From: Polyangiaceae bacterium
Lineage (GTDB): Bacteria > Myxococcota_A > Polyangia > Polyangiales > Polyangiaceae
Direction of reading: 5' to 3'
DNA: 64,000 nucleotides
Assembly (NCBI GenBank): GCA_050300635.1
Contig: JBNKYC010000016.1
Span: forward strand, 12,337 to 76,336
The position numbers were made by a program, and so were the translations under genes. Within the stretch, counting starts at the first letter, position 1, and each line of letters starts with the position of its first letter. Under the pieces are notes generated by a model. That model saw only the letters and a program-made list of their open reading frames with translations. It was not told the origin of the DNA and ran no database searches. Positions 9,383-18,897 of this stretch are shown here, one piece after another.

Positions 9383-11088
9383 TGTACGGATGGCCCGGTC
9401 AAACTGAGCGCCTGCGCCTTTTCTTCCTCTTCGACGGATCGGCGCTGGTCCTCGTGGGCAGCAATCAGACTTCGTAGCTCTTCTCTGGTCACACCGAGAC
9501 GGGCAGCGGTGTTGCGGGCCAGGGATGTGCCGGCGACCCCAGGTCGAAACTGATAGGTAGGACGCTTCTGCGCGTCCAGCTCGACCTGCAGGAAGGTCAG
9601 ACAAGAAGTAGCTTCGAGCGTCTCGCCCTTTCCACCCACGGACTCCGCCTTATCTCTCATGCGCGAAGCGAAATCGAGAAAGTGGGTAGTGATCCAGACT
9701 TGAGCCCCTAGCTCCTGGAGCAGGTCGAGCACCATTTCGAAGATCCGTTCGCCCTCCGAGGGGTTTGTTCCCGAGCACAATTCGTCCATCAGGATAAGGG
9801 AGCGCGCTCCCGACGACTCGAAAACCTGACGGATCCGCATCAGTTCGAGCCCGAGTCTCCCCTCGGCTTGATCCGCCTCTGCGTGCTCAATCATGGAAAG
9901 AAACAGTTGCTCGACCCAATCCAACTGAGCACTTCGGCAGGGAACGGGCAGTCCGGCTTGGTAGAGCAGCTGGCTGATTGCAAGCGATTGCAGAAGCCGT
10001 GTCTTTCCGCCCGAGTTGGGTCCCGTCACGATGACGATGGATTCGTCATCGTCAAGCTCGAGATCACACGGAACAGGAGGACTCTTACTTTGGGCCAGAA
10101 GCCACGGATTGAAGAGTCCTATCAGTACCCGTCCCTGCCCCTGAGAAGCCGAGGGCCGACAGGTATAAAGCCCTGCCCCCCGAGCTTTGTTACGAAAGAA
10201 GGACGAGCGCAGGTAGAATTCGATTTGCTGCATGAGTCCCAAAGCCAAAGCAACTTCGCCCTCGAGTTGACCAAAAACGTCGTCCAAGACTTGACTCATC
10301 ACGTCCTCTTCGCTGAAGCGATATCCTTTGAGAAGCGACACCAGACTTGTCAAAAAGCGAGTGAATGGACCGCGAGGAAAGGCTTTATGCTCGACGTTCG
10401 AAACCCTCACGATTTCGAAGCGTCTCAGAGTCCCATCGTAGCCAGCTTGTAGCCGCGTCTCGAGCACCGACCGACCGTCTTCGAAGTCGAGAAGCTGAAC
10501 GAGCGCTCGATACGAATCCTTTTTTTGGACCTCTTCGACCCAGTCGGCGATGCGACGCAATCCGCTCTCGCTGGTCGCACAGGCCCGAAACAAGGCGTCC
10601 AATGCCTTCTTGTACCCCGCAAGGATATCAATACGGCGACGCACGCCGATGCTGCGCTGGTTAAAGTCGGAACCACACAGGCTATCGCGAAAATCGACCA
10701 GCGCCAGGTAGGCACCCTCGAGCCACTTCAAGCGTTCTGGTTCACTCGATAGTTCATCGTGGATCTCATAGCGGAAATCCACTGAGCTCTTCTGTTTCGG
10801 GGGCGAGGAAAGCACGCGTAGGAAGAAGCGCGACGGAGCGTCCACCGACTTGTTGCGTACTACGACGCGAAAACAGCGTTCAACGAGTTCTTGAAGAAAG
10901 AGATCTTCACCGAACACCTTCGGGTCAAACGAGGTTGCCTCAATGGGAGGCTCGCTCACATGGAGCAAACGATCGCGATCGGCACCTCTAGCGAAACCGA
11001 AGGTCAGAGCCTCTCGCAGGGCCTTGTCCTTTGGGGCATCAGGTAAGAGCAGCGGTGGGTCGTAGAGGATGTCGGGGCCGGATGTCAT
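9379..11088 (-). CDS. MutS-family ATPase paralog (domain V; no obvious mismatch-binding or Smr domain)
   Basis: Walker A IVTGPNSGGKTRLLQSLA and LILMDELCSGTNPSEGE are typical of the MutS ABC ATPase. The ORF is open to 11139, with an ATG at 11088. The stop TAG lies inside the repeat terminus. Confidence 0.75.
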   Translation of the reverse strand: MTSGPDILYDPPLLLPDAPKDKALREALTFGFARGADRDRLLHVSEPPIEATSFDPKVFGEDLFLQELVERCFRVVVRNKSVDAPSRFFLRVLSSPPKQKSSVDFRYEIHDELSSEPERLKWLEGAYLALVDFRDSLCGSDFNQRSIGVRRRIDILAGYKKALDALFRACATSESGLRRIADWVEEVQKKDSYRALVQLLDFEDGRSVLETRLQAGYDGTLRRFEIVRVSNVEHKAFPRGPFTRFLTSLVSLLKGYRFSEEDVMSQVLDDVFGQLEGEVALALGLMQQIEFYLRSSFFRNKARGAGLYTCRPSASQGQGRVLIGLFNPWLLAQSKSPPVPCDLELDDDESIVIVTGPNSGGKTRLLQSLAISQLLYQAGLPVPCRSAQLDWVEQLFLSMIEHAEADQAEGRLGLELMRIRQVFESSGARSLILMDELCSGTNPSEGERIFEMVLDLLQELGAQVWITTHFLDFASRMRDKAESVGGKGETLEATSCLTFLQVELDAQKRPTYQFRPGVAGTSLARNTAARLGVTREELRSLIAAHEDQRRSVEEEEKAQALSLTGPSVH

Positions 11089-11246
11089 ATAATGCTTTGC
11101 CGAACTGTGTGGAGGAAAGGTCCTGAAGAATAAGGCCATATGGGCCGAGCTGCTCTATCCAACCGACAACTCAATTGCGCAAAAGTTCCTCAGCTCTGAC
11201 CTCTAACCTACCGCTTGACACCCGCGACCAGACGACAGGCCTCCTG

Positions 11247-11287
11247 AAAAAAGAAAGACCTCGCTCCCTATGGGGCGAGGTCTTTTT
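11247..11287 (-). terminator. bidirectional rho-independent terminator
   Basis: AAAGACCTCGC...GCGAGGTCTTT stem flanked by an A-run (11247-11252) and a T-run (11283-11287), just downstream of the 11309 gene end. Confidence 0.7.
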
Positions 11288-11308
11288 CCAGCCGACAACA
11301 GATAGGCC

Positions 11309-11935
11309 TCAACCCACAGCTTCGGACCACCCAGACTCTTCGTCAGACGAACTGGCAACCACACTCAAGCGGGCTCGCGTGCCAGACTCAGCGGGCCTTT
11401 CTTCTTCGCTTATCTTGGGGAGGCGGCGCTTGCCCACTGGCCCCTCATCGACGTAGTCGCGAAGCACGTTCATATCCGAGAGAGCCTCCAGCTTGGCCAA
11501 AGCTTTGACCTCCACCTGGCGAATTCGCTCTCGCGTCAAGTTCATGATGGCTCCCACGTCCTCCAGAGTCGTGCCGCCGTGATCGGCAATATCGAGAGCG
11601 CACGATTCGGAAAGCTCCCAAACTTCGAGATCGGGAAAGTTCAGCTTAATGGCCCCGGTACGCGGCGAGACGTCCACATACAGGTGATGCTTGCAAGAGA
11701 TGAAGGGACAAGGCCTCGGTCCGCCCTTGCACTCCGCTCGGGTCTTTGGCTTCCAGTAGTCTTCTTCGGGATAGAGCAAACGACCGATTTCCAGCTCGCG
11801 CTTGGTCATTCTCTTCACACTAATCGTGCGAGCGCGGACATCGCGCTTACGACGCGACCGGCGCTGTTCGCGGGTGATTTGCTCCTCGTCCTGCGTACTG
11901 CGCTGCTCGCGCTCATCTACTGCTTTTGCTTCCAT
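11309..11935 (-). CDS. sigma-70 region-4-like HTH protein with basic N-terminus and Cys/His cluster
   Basis: [27 protein letters not shown] resembles sigma-70 region 4. It is preceded by [16 protein letters not shown]. No region 2 is recognisable. Confidence 0.55.
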   Translation of the reverse strand: MEAKAVDEREQRSTQDEEQITREQRRSRRKRDVRARTISVKRMTKRELEIGRLLYPEEDYWKPKTRAECKGGPRPCPFISCKHHLYVDVSPRTGAIKLNFPDLEVWELSESCALDIADHGGTTLEDVGAIMNLTRERIRQVEVKALAKLEALSDMNVLRDYVDEGPVGKRRLPKISEEERPAESGTRARLSVVASSSDEESGWSEAVG

Positions 11936-12051
11936 TTAACTGCCTCAACCGAACTTTTGCGCGTACCTATCCGCTGGCGAGCCCCGACTGAACCCACCCA
12001 ACAACGGGGACTCATGCCCCAAAAATTTTTTCGCAATCGAATGCGACCTGT

Positions 12052-12570
12052 TTAGCCAGCAACCTCCGTGGCTGGCTCGATTGAATGTTGAGCATTCAAT
12101 CTCGATTCCAAAGAACGCAGTTTTTCGAGCAAGTCTTTGCCCAAACTGCGCGCGGCGTTGAGCTCACGCACCACGCCCAGCTCTCGCCTCTTGGGTTCAC
12201 GCATGACCCGAGAACCGAGTGTCTGAAACACTCCTTGCATCCGAAGATCCAGGTCCTCAATCTCGCCTTGAAGGAAGATAAAACGATCCTTGATCTGCTC
12301 GATCGTCAGATCGCGAGCCATCAGTTCTTTGATGGCCAAGATCTGGCGAACAACCCGTACCGGGTAAACACCTTTTGAACCGCGATGTTTGCCCTTTTCA
12401 CCGACACGAACGCTGCGAGGCAGGAGCCCCAACTGGACGTACTTCCTTAAGCTCGCCTCGCTGAAGGACTGACCGAATTCGGCAAGTATTCTCAAGATCT
12501 CCTGAGAGGTCAGACCCTCAGATCGCTCGAGCTCAAGCTCGGTCAGTTTTGAATCAAAAGCGAAAATCAC
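12052..12570 (-). CDS. MerR-like HTH transcriptional regulator
   Basis: LTSQEILRIL...SLRKYVQLGLLPRSVRVGEKGKHRGSKGVYPVRVVRQILAIKELM fits a MerR-type HTH plus wing, followed by a coiled-coil tail. A GTG at 12570 follows a GGAGAG Shine-Dalgarno. The ORF is open to 12687, so the start is uncertain. Confidence 0.5.
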   Translation of the reverse strand: MIFAFDSKLTELELERSEGLTSQEILRILAEFGQSFSEASLRKYVQLGLLPRSVRVGEKGKHRGSKGVYPVRVVRQILAIKELMARDLTIEQIKDRFIFLQGEIEDLDLRMQGVFQTLGSRVMREPKRRELGVVRELNAARSLGKDLLEKLRSLESRLNAQHSIEPATEVAG

Positions 12571-12680
12571 GAAAACGGCTCTCCGGTACTCGTACCCAGG
12601 AAAGAAAAGACAACGAAGGCTCGAGGCCCCCCTTTGATCTCGTGTCTCATGATCCTCTCCTGCGGAACGCGCACGAATAT

Positions 12681-12697
12681 ATTCCACTCAGTGGAAT
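12681..12697. promoter_or_regulatory. perfect 8-1-8 palindrome ATTCCACT-C-AGTGGAAT
   Basis: Read directly from the sequence, at the edge of an AT-rich divergent intergenic region. Confidence 0.3.
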
Positions 12698-12745
12698 GCC
12701 CAAAGTAGTTTTATCTCAAATTTTAAGGGCAATTTAATATCTAAG

Positions 12746-12833
12746 TCCATGGAGCTAGCTTCTGCCCAAGATGTGACATTTAACTTCCTATCTAATAAAC
12801 CATCCATGGAGACGATATGACGTCCATGGACGT
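12746..12833. promoter_or_regulatory. three TCCATGGA palindromic boxes (candidate operator sites)
   Basis: TCCATGGA occurs at 12746-12753, 12803-12810 and 12823-12830. The last is embedded in the 14-bp palindrome ACGTCCATGGACGT (12820-12833). The local sequence is AT-rich. Confidence 0.35.
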
Positions 12834-12905
12834 AGGACCGCGATGGGCGGTGACAAGTGGGCGGGGCTTGGTCGGGCGGGCGAATGATGCTCTAGTTCGG
12901 AGGGA

Positions 12906-13787
12906 ATGGTGGATGAGGCGGGCCCAGTCGAACCTATAGAAGTACATCGGGACGTCTCGTCTGCCGGTGTGCGACTGCGTACGACCGAATGGAGCCGTCC
13001 GGACTCAACTTATGGCGAGACCGCCACCATCGTCGCCCTGCCAGGGGTGCTCTCCCCTCGATTTTCCTTTCGCAAACTCGCCGAGCAACTCTGCCCCGAG
13101 TTTCGGGTTATCGCGGTGGATCTGCCGGGCTTCGGTGAAAGCGAAAAACACTCGCCCGCTCGCTACGAATACGGTATCGCCAGCTTCGCGGAAGCGATAG
13201 CCGATCTGTTCGGCGGACTGGCCCTCCCCGGCGCCCACATCCTCGGGCACGGCGTAGGGGGCGCTGTCGCCCTCAAGCTGACAGCTCATCATCCCGAACT
13301 GGTCAAACGCTTGGCCCTGATTGCTCCACTCGTTCACCCACCCCGGATGCAATGGGGAACGCAACTGCTATTGGCTCCGATGGTGGGTGGCTTGGTCTTT
13401 CAACAGATGCTGGGCAAGGGATGGTTCTTCCGCTTCTACCGTGATCAGGTCAACCCGCGGATCAGCAACGAGGAACTCGGCAGATACTACGAGTGCCTTT
13501 CCCCCCCCCCCTGTCGCTCTGCTCTCCTAGCCACGCTGAGGGCGTGTCGAGATGGCTCGTCGGTCATCGCTGATAGTCGACGAGTCCGTGCTTCGACCCT
13601 CATTCTCTGGGGACTCGAAGATCGCTTGCTCCCCATCGAGCTCGGTCGAGGCTTGTCACGCGAGATGCCGCAAGCCGGGCTCGAGATCATGAAGAGCTGC
13701 CATGCTCCTCATGAAGCCGATCCAGAAGAAACCGCCCGAGTGCTCGGCGACTTCTTCTCGGGCCGCCGGGCTGGGTTTTCAAACTAG
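12906..13787 (+). CDS. alpha/beta-hydrolase fold protein (nucleophile Ser not conserved)
   Basis: VIAVDLPGFGES, HILGHGVGGAVAL (a nucleophile-elbow-like motif without Ser) and a C-terminal SCHAPHEADPEE. Confidence 0.75.
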   Translation: MVDEAGPVEPIEVHRDVSSAGVRLRTTEWSRPDSTYGETATIVALPGVLSPRFSFRKLAEQLCPEFRVIAVDLPGFGESEKHSPARYEYGIASFAEAIADLFGGLALPGAHILGHGVGGAVALKLTAHHPELVKRLALIAPLVHPPRMQWGTQLLLAPMVGGLVFQQMLGKGWFFRFYRDQVNPRISNEELGRYYECLSPPPCRSALLATLRACRDGSSVIADSRRVRASTLILWGLEDRLLPIELGRGLSREMPQAGLEIMKSCHAPHEADPEETARVLGDFFSGRRAGFSN

Positions 13788-13793
13788 CGGCTG

Positions 13794-13839
13794 GGCCTAG
13801 GTTTCAGCCGGAATCTCGGTTTCGGCTGAAACCTAGGCC
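13794..13839. terminator. bidirectional terminator hairpin between convergent genes
   Basis: Perfect 17-bp stem GGCCTAGGTTTCAGCCG / CGGCTGAAACCTAGGCC with a 12-nt loop, followed by TTT. Confidence 0.7.
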
Positions 13840-13851
13840 TTTCGCCCGACC

Positions 13852-16617
13852 TCATTCTGGCTCGGGGAATCCCGCGCTCGGTGGATTGTCCGAAGGACGA
13901 CGGGTTGTTTTTGCTCGCTCGATCGCGCGACTGCCAGGGTCGCTCGCTTGAGTCTTGCGCGGAGCTACATAACTTGGGGTCGGCTCTTCCGGTGAGACCC
14001 GCTCTTCAGCGTCCAAGTCGGTGGTGCCTTGATTCCCGCTGGGCGCGAGAGGAGTCGAAGACACAGCCTCTTCCGCTGGGGTGTCTGAGTCCTCGTCCTC
14101 CTCCTCCGGAGCAGGAATGATATCCTCGAGTTCGCTACCTCGCTGCTGTCCACTCTGTGGAGAGGCGGAATCGATACGTCGTTCTTCGCTCTTCAGCGCA
14201 GCCGTGCTCGAATTCTCCCCCTTCCCGCTTTCTCCGCCCTGCAGCCCACGGATCGCCGTAGCCAACACCACAAGCAGAGCGCATGCGCCCACGATGGCTA
14301 GGACGGTTCGGTGCAGCTTTCGAGCGCGTTCGTCAGAAACCGAGGGCCGGAAACTCTCTACGTCGTCAGCGTGAAGTTGCTCGATTTCCGAAAGGACAAC
14401 ATGACGGGCAGCCACATCCGCTGGCCCCCCCTCGTAGCTCCCCTCGTCCCCCTTCTGGAAGAAGTCGTCGTGGTGAGCGTCTTCACCTTCTGCTCTTGGC
14501 TCGTCCGAATCGGCGGAGCCAGGTGCTTCTTCTGAGCTCGCCCCTAGAGAACCCTCTTGTCGAGCCACCGGTGTCTGGGGATTGGTCGGGGTCTTCCCTT
14601 TGCGGATCGAAGCCGCCTCAACCTCAGCCGCAGCTTCGAGAGCCGAATCAGAATCAGGAGACTGAGAAAACTCGGCCGGGCTTCCATAACGACTGGAACG
14701 CGGAGGAGCCTCCGAATCAGCTGCATAGTAATCCTTGGGTTCGATCGACGTTGGTCCCGGGGGCGGCGTCCCGTCCATGGAGCGCCCCGGTTCGCCCTCC
14801 TCACTCGAGAGAGAATGACGGGCCGTTGGCGCTCTGGATGCTCCCCAAGGCTGCTCACCCCGATCGGCCACCGCGTCGCGATGCCAGACCGGCGCCTCGT
14901 CGAGCACACCCGACGGGAGAGGCGTTTGTGACTCACGTCGCCTACTGAGCGGAAGTGGAATGGGTTCCCAGGAACGACGCGAAGCAGGCCCCTGCGAGCC
15001 CACTTCCGACTGAAACTCCGCGCCCTCGGTCTCGGGAGGCACCGGTGTCTGAATGCGAGGGGTCACGGGACCACTTGTCAGAGGCTTGGTCGTGGGGCCA
15101 TTCGAAGCAGTCGGGTTTTGGGTCGAGGCTTGCTGCTCGGAAACCTCTCTCAGGCCTTGACCCAGCGAAGTATCATCGGGCTCCGCGCCCGAGTTGAACT
15201 CAACCGGGCGAACCGATGGACGTCGCCCCGAGGAAGGCGGAACTGGAGTCTGAGGAACTTCGTAGTCTCCCGGGTTGGCAGGTGGGGCTGGTGCGCCGGG
15301 ACGAGTGGCTGTCGAGCGCGCTTTAGCGTGCTTGGTGCGTTCCTCCTCGACGGAGACGAAGGAAGGTGCCCTGGCCGCACCTTGAGGAGCAGCCACCGCC
15401 GGGACACGAGCTGACGGGGCCTGAGGGGGCTCTTCCTCGTTTGGTTCTTGCGGCTGTTGCGCAGCGAAGGGATCGGTCCCCTCTGGCGCTTGACGCTCCG
15501 ACTCCGCCACCTTGGGGAGCGCCGCTGGTGTCGGAATCTCGGGCTTGACTGACACTGGAGGCGCCGAAGGGCGCCACGAGTTGCGTGCCTGGGCAACGCC
15601 AGATCCCGATACCGGAATCAGGTTATCGCTATCTCGCGCGGGGACCACGGCCTCATGCGAAACAGGCGCCTCGTAGATCGAAAGCAGACCTTCGAAGTAG
15701 AGCTTCGTCACTGTCGACAAAGTCGACAGGTCTTCAAACGGGCTTTCGTCCACGACGTCCATCAGTGAGCGAGTACCGTCAAAGAGCCGCAAGACCCCGT
15801 TCAACTCATCGGGGATCTCGTTCAGGCGCTCGGCGAGCAGCTTGCCGTCGACACGGAAAATGGTGTTGAGGGGAGGAAGCTGCTCACACAGGCGCCCCCA
15901 CTCGTCCACGCGACGCATCCCCTCCATGAGCAACCCCTGCGTTGAAGTCAAAATGACTTCTTCTCTGTCGATCGGCTCGAACTCGACCTCGAAAGTGCCC
16001 CCGGTCCAGATCAAACAACGATAGATGGCCTCTTCGCCTTTGAGCTTGCCGTGCTCCGCATCGACGACCTTCCCGTCGCGGAAGAAGATCTTGGCTTCAA
16101 GATCCTTCTCGTGCAGCTTGGCCACGCCGCTCTTGCGACCCAGCTCAAGAGTTTGGAGCAGATCGACAACGCCCATGTCCGCCAAGTCGCCGCTCAGGGT
16201 CGTTCTGCGACTACCGGGAACGAAAGCCGACATCCGCTGATGAGTACGTCGAGCCAAGAGCATGTGCACGCGAGCTATGAGTTCGCGCACAAAAATCGGC
16301 TTGGTAAGGTAGTCCTCGACCCCCAACTCAAGTCCGCGGATCTTATCCTCGACGCTCTTCTGACTGGTGAGGAAGACGATAGGTACGCCGGCCAAACCGG
16401 GCATGTCTTTGATCCGGCGCACCAGCTCGTATCCGTCTACGCGCGGTAGTCGCGTATCGGTAAGAATCAGATCAGGAGAAGACAGGTCGAGCTTCGATAA
16501 AGCATCCTGGCCATCCGCGGCGGTCGTTACGCTGAAGCCCGCTTTTTTGAGGCTCACCTCAAGAACTCGCACGCTGGCGGGATCTGCATCGACAAGAAGA
16601 AGTTGCTGTTTTGCCAC
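13852..16617 (-). CDS. response regulator (REC) + DUF4388/PATAN-like domain + long Pro-rich disordered region + TM segment
   Basis: REC motifs LLVDAD, DLILTD and [27 protein letters not shown] is DUF4388-like. About 430 aa of P/S/E-rich low complexity follow, then the hydrophobic [18 protein letters not shown]. Confidence 0.8.
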   Translation of the reverse strand: MAKQQLLLVDADPASVRVLEVSLKKAGFSVTTAADGQDALSKLDLSSPDLILTDTRLPRVDGYELVRRIKDMPGLAGVPIVFLTSQKSVEDKIRGLELGVEDYLTKPIFVRELIARVHMLLARRTHQRMSAFVPGSRRTTLSGDLADMGVVDLLQTLELGRKSGVAKLHEKDLEAKIFFRDGKVVDAEHGKLKGEEAIYRCLIWTGGTFEVEFEPIDREEVILTSTQGLLMEGMRRVDEWGRLCEQLPPLNTIFRVDGKLLAERLNEIPDELNGVLRLFDGTRSLMDVVDESPFEDLSTLSTVTKLYFEGLLSIYEAPVSHEAVVPARDSDNLIPVSGSGVAQARNSWRPSAPPVSVKPEIPTPAALPKVAESERQAPEGTDPFAAQQPQEPNEEEPPQAPSARVPAVAAPQGAARAPSFVSVEEERTKHAKARSTATRPGAPAPPANPGDYEVPQTPVPPSSGRRPSVRPVEFNSGAEPDDTSLGQGLREVSEQQASTQNPTASNGPTTKPLTSGPVTPRIQTPVPPETEGAEFQSEVGSQGPASRRSWEPIPLPLSRRRESQTPLPSGVLDEAPVWHRDAVADRGEQPWGASRAPTARHSLSSEEGEPGRSMDGTPPPGPTSIEPKDYYAADSEAPPRSSRYGSPAEFSQSPDSDSALEAAAEVEAASIRKGKTPTNPQTPVARQEGSLGASSEEAPGSADSDEPRAEGEDAHHDDFFQKGDEGSYEGGPADVAARHVVLSEIEQLHADDVESFRPSVSDERARKLHRTVLAIVGACALLVVLATAIRGLQGGESGKGENSSTAALKSEERRIDSASPQSGQQRGSELEDIIPAPEEEDEDSDTPAEEAVSSTPLAPSGNQGTTDLDAEERVSPEEPTPSYVAPRKTQASDPGSRAIERAKTTRRPSDNPPSAGFPEPE

Positions 16618-16762
16618 GCTAGTCTCTAAGCGTTTCTGGACTCCCTCGGTCTGTCAAGGGAATCCGAATTCAATCGCATACTTAGTGAGCTAACCCTCGT
16701 TAGTCCAGAACTATCGAAGGTTCACTCTTTCCCAACCTGGAGCCGGCGAAATCCCTTGGGCA

Positions 16763-17869
16763 CTACCTCTTGCGAGCCATTTGGTTCTTTGCCGCTTTTT
16801 GTACGGCTCCGGGGATATTTTTGCTTTTCGCGATCTGCTTGACGTCCATGTCCCTCAAATGGGGCATGAGGCGGGAGGAAAATGTGAAGGGAGTCCTCGG
16901 ATTCGTGACCAAATTGAGCTTGACCTGATAGCTGCGCGTCAACTCCCGGTTGTTAGCAATGATACGCAAAACTTCGTCTGACACCGAACGGCTCGACGCA
17001 ATACGTGCAGCATCATTTTCTGTCATGCGTGGACTTTTTGCTGCGGCTTCCGACACGAGTCGATTTGTGTCGCGCACGAGCAAGAGTCGCTCCGTACTGT
17101 TGCCTAGCATCGCCCGGCGAATCTTTTCTGTAATGGACGCATCCTGCAGCTGCTTAAACAACGGTACGGCCTTGTCGACTAGCTTCTCTTCGCCCTCATC
17201 GTCTCGCTCGATCACGTCTTCTTCGTCGCCGAGCTCAGCGTCGAGAGCGCATTGCTCCGTCTGTTGAAAATGAAGGTCATCGAAGGTTGGCTCCTCGCTC
17301 GGCTCGGGAATGAGCTGATTCATGATCGCTTGAGCGGCTTGCCTGAAAGCAGGAAAGTTCAATTCGATGTCGTTTCGAACGGCCAGTTCGACTAGACGGT
17401 CCGAGGTGGACATTCTTACCGCCTTGTTCATGTAGAGCTTCTCGATCGCGAGGGGAAAACGCAAAAGAAGAGCCTCATTGGTCGCGATGACTTCGCCACC
17501 GGCCTCATTCGTCTTGCTAGACAAGGTCGCCAAGAGGTCCTCTGTCAACTGTTTCTGGCCCAGGAGGCGCGCGATGATGTCCCTGTTCTCGCAATGATGC
17601 TCGACCAGTGCAGCCAATACGAAGGGCTGCAGTTCGCCAGAAAGTGCGCCATCCAAGAGAGGCTTGGGAGGCGCCTTGAGCGTGGTGAGCGCTGCATCTG
17701 CCACCTTGGCCTCAGCCGTCTGGGCAAGTGCCGCAATGACACTCAAGGCATCAACAGGCGGCGCACCGGGAATGACACCCTTGGCCCCCAACATCTTCAT
17801 GGGCAGCGGTGCTTTTTCGGACAGGACCTTCTGCGCCGGTGCACAGAGAACATCTACCTGGAGGCTCAC
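16763..17869 (-). CDS. conserved hypothetical protein (alpha-helical repeat-like)
   Basis: 368-aa ORF with a GTG start and coding-like composition. No motif recognised. Confidence 0.45.
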   Translation of the reverse strand: MSLQVDVLCAPAQKVLSEKAPLPMKMLGAKGVIPGAPPVDALSVIAALAQTAEAKVADAALTTLKAPPKPLLDGALSGELQPFVLAALVEHHCENRDIIARLLGQKQLTEDLLATLSSKTNEAGGEVIATNEALLLRFPLAIEKLYMNKAVRMSTSDRLVELAVRNDIELNFPAFRQAAQAIMNQLIPEPSEEPTFDDLHFQQTEQCALDAELGDEEDVIERDDEGEEKLVDKAVPLFKQLQDASITEKIRRAMLGNSTERLLLVRDTNRLVSEAAAKSPRMTENDAARIASSRSVSDEVLRIIANNRELTRSYQVKLNLVTNPRTPFTFSSRLMPHLRDMDVKQIAKSKNIPGAVQKAAKNQMARKR

Positions 17870-17970
17870 CGAATGACTATTTCACCATTACTGGGCGCGG
17901 GCAAGGGAAGCCCCTAGGTCGATGAGCGACTCAAAGCAGCGTGGGTATCCTGCCAAGGACTCATTTAGGA

Positions 17971-18807
17971 CTAATTGGCGCCATACTTGCGAATACGCTC
18001 CGCTAACTTGGCAGCGCGAATTTTTTGCTGACGCTCCACGGCATCGGGGTCAATGACCAAAGCTATCGTACGCTCTTCTTTTTCGAACTTCTCTTTGTAG
18101 AGCTTGGCTTGGTACTTCGACTTGAAGGAGCCGATACGAACTCGATGCCAAATCCCGCGCCCCGGTACATTGGCGGCTTGGCGGAAGGCCTTGTGCCCGC
18201 GAGAGCGAAGCTCTTGAACAAAGGCCTCCGCGTCTTCTTGATCCTTGAAACTCGCTACCTGAACCAAAAACCCACCTTCGCGGCCCGACTCGGCGATCGG
18301 TTGTTCTTCCTTCCCTGACGAGGCCTGTACCGCAAGCCGTGACAGCTCATCTTTGGGTTGCTGGGTCACAGAGGTGGACGCCAGAAGCGTCCCGGCCGGA
18401 AGACGTTCCACGGGAACCCGGGCCAAATCCGGCGTCTTGGTCGGCTCTACCTCTTCTGACTTCTGTTCGACAAGACGTCCCTTCCCGTCTTTCACAGCAA
18501 CGAGCGCCGTTGTCCTGTGGTCGGCATCGCTCAAGATTTCAGGAAAATCAACGTCGCTCTTGTCGAATCGAAGCGCGTCGAGGTCTTCGGCCTCAGCTTT
18601 TTCTTCAGCCTCGGCCACGAGGGCTGCTAGAGGATCGGTCCGCTCGGTCTCCTTGGCAGGTGCCTCTTCCCGAAGAGTCATGGTTACCACCAAAACGGCC
18701 GCCGCTCCCGTAGTGGCGAGCAGAAAAGTGGCCAGCTTCGGTGATCGCGCACCTGAGCCTTCAACGATGCGTTCGAGGTTACGCAGGTTTACGGGCGACG
18801 TACTCAT
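17971..18807 (-). CDS. SPOR domain protein with N-terminal TM anchor
   Basis: The C-terminal GGFLVQVASFKDQEDAEAFVQELRSRGHKAF...WHRVRIGSFKSKYQA is SPOR-like. N-terminal hydrophobic segment FLLATTGAAAVLVV. Confidence 0.7.
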   Translation of the reverse strand: MSTSPVNLRNLERIVEGSGARSPKLATFLLATTGAAAVLVVTMTLREEAPAKETERTDPLAALVAEAEEKAEAEDLDALRFDKSDVDFPEILSDADHRTTALVAVKDGKGRLVEQKSEEVEPTKTPDLARVPVERLPAGTLLASTSVTQQPKDELSRLAVQASSGKEEQPIAESGREGGFLVQVASFKDQEDAEAFVQELRSRGHKAFRQAANVPGRGIWHRVRIGSFKSKYQAKLYKEKFEKEERTIALVIDPDAVERQQKIRAAKLAERIRKYGAN

Positions 18808-18897
18808 GGTGAGTTTGGAGTAACCGATACTGGCAGCAACGGCCCAATTTTTGGGCAGAGAAGCTGATCTGGCCTGCCATCGCGCCCAAGCTCAGGC

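Noticed and set aside
9200-9604. 134-aa ORF (and the 84-aa ORF at 56881-57135) sharing a similar peptide (LVLRPLRNER...FVPRPFL)
   Set aside because: The similarity only reflects translation of the two copies of the 199-bp DNA repeat. The substitutions between copies preserve nucleic-acid helices rather than codons, and both ORFs overlap real genes or their ends.
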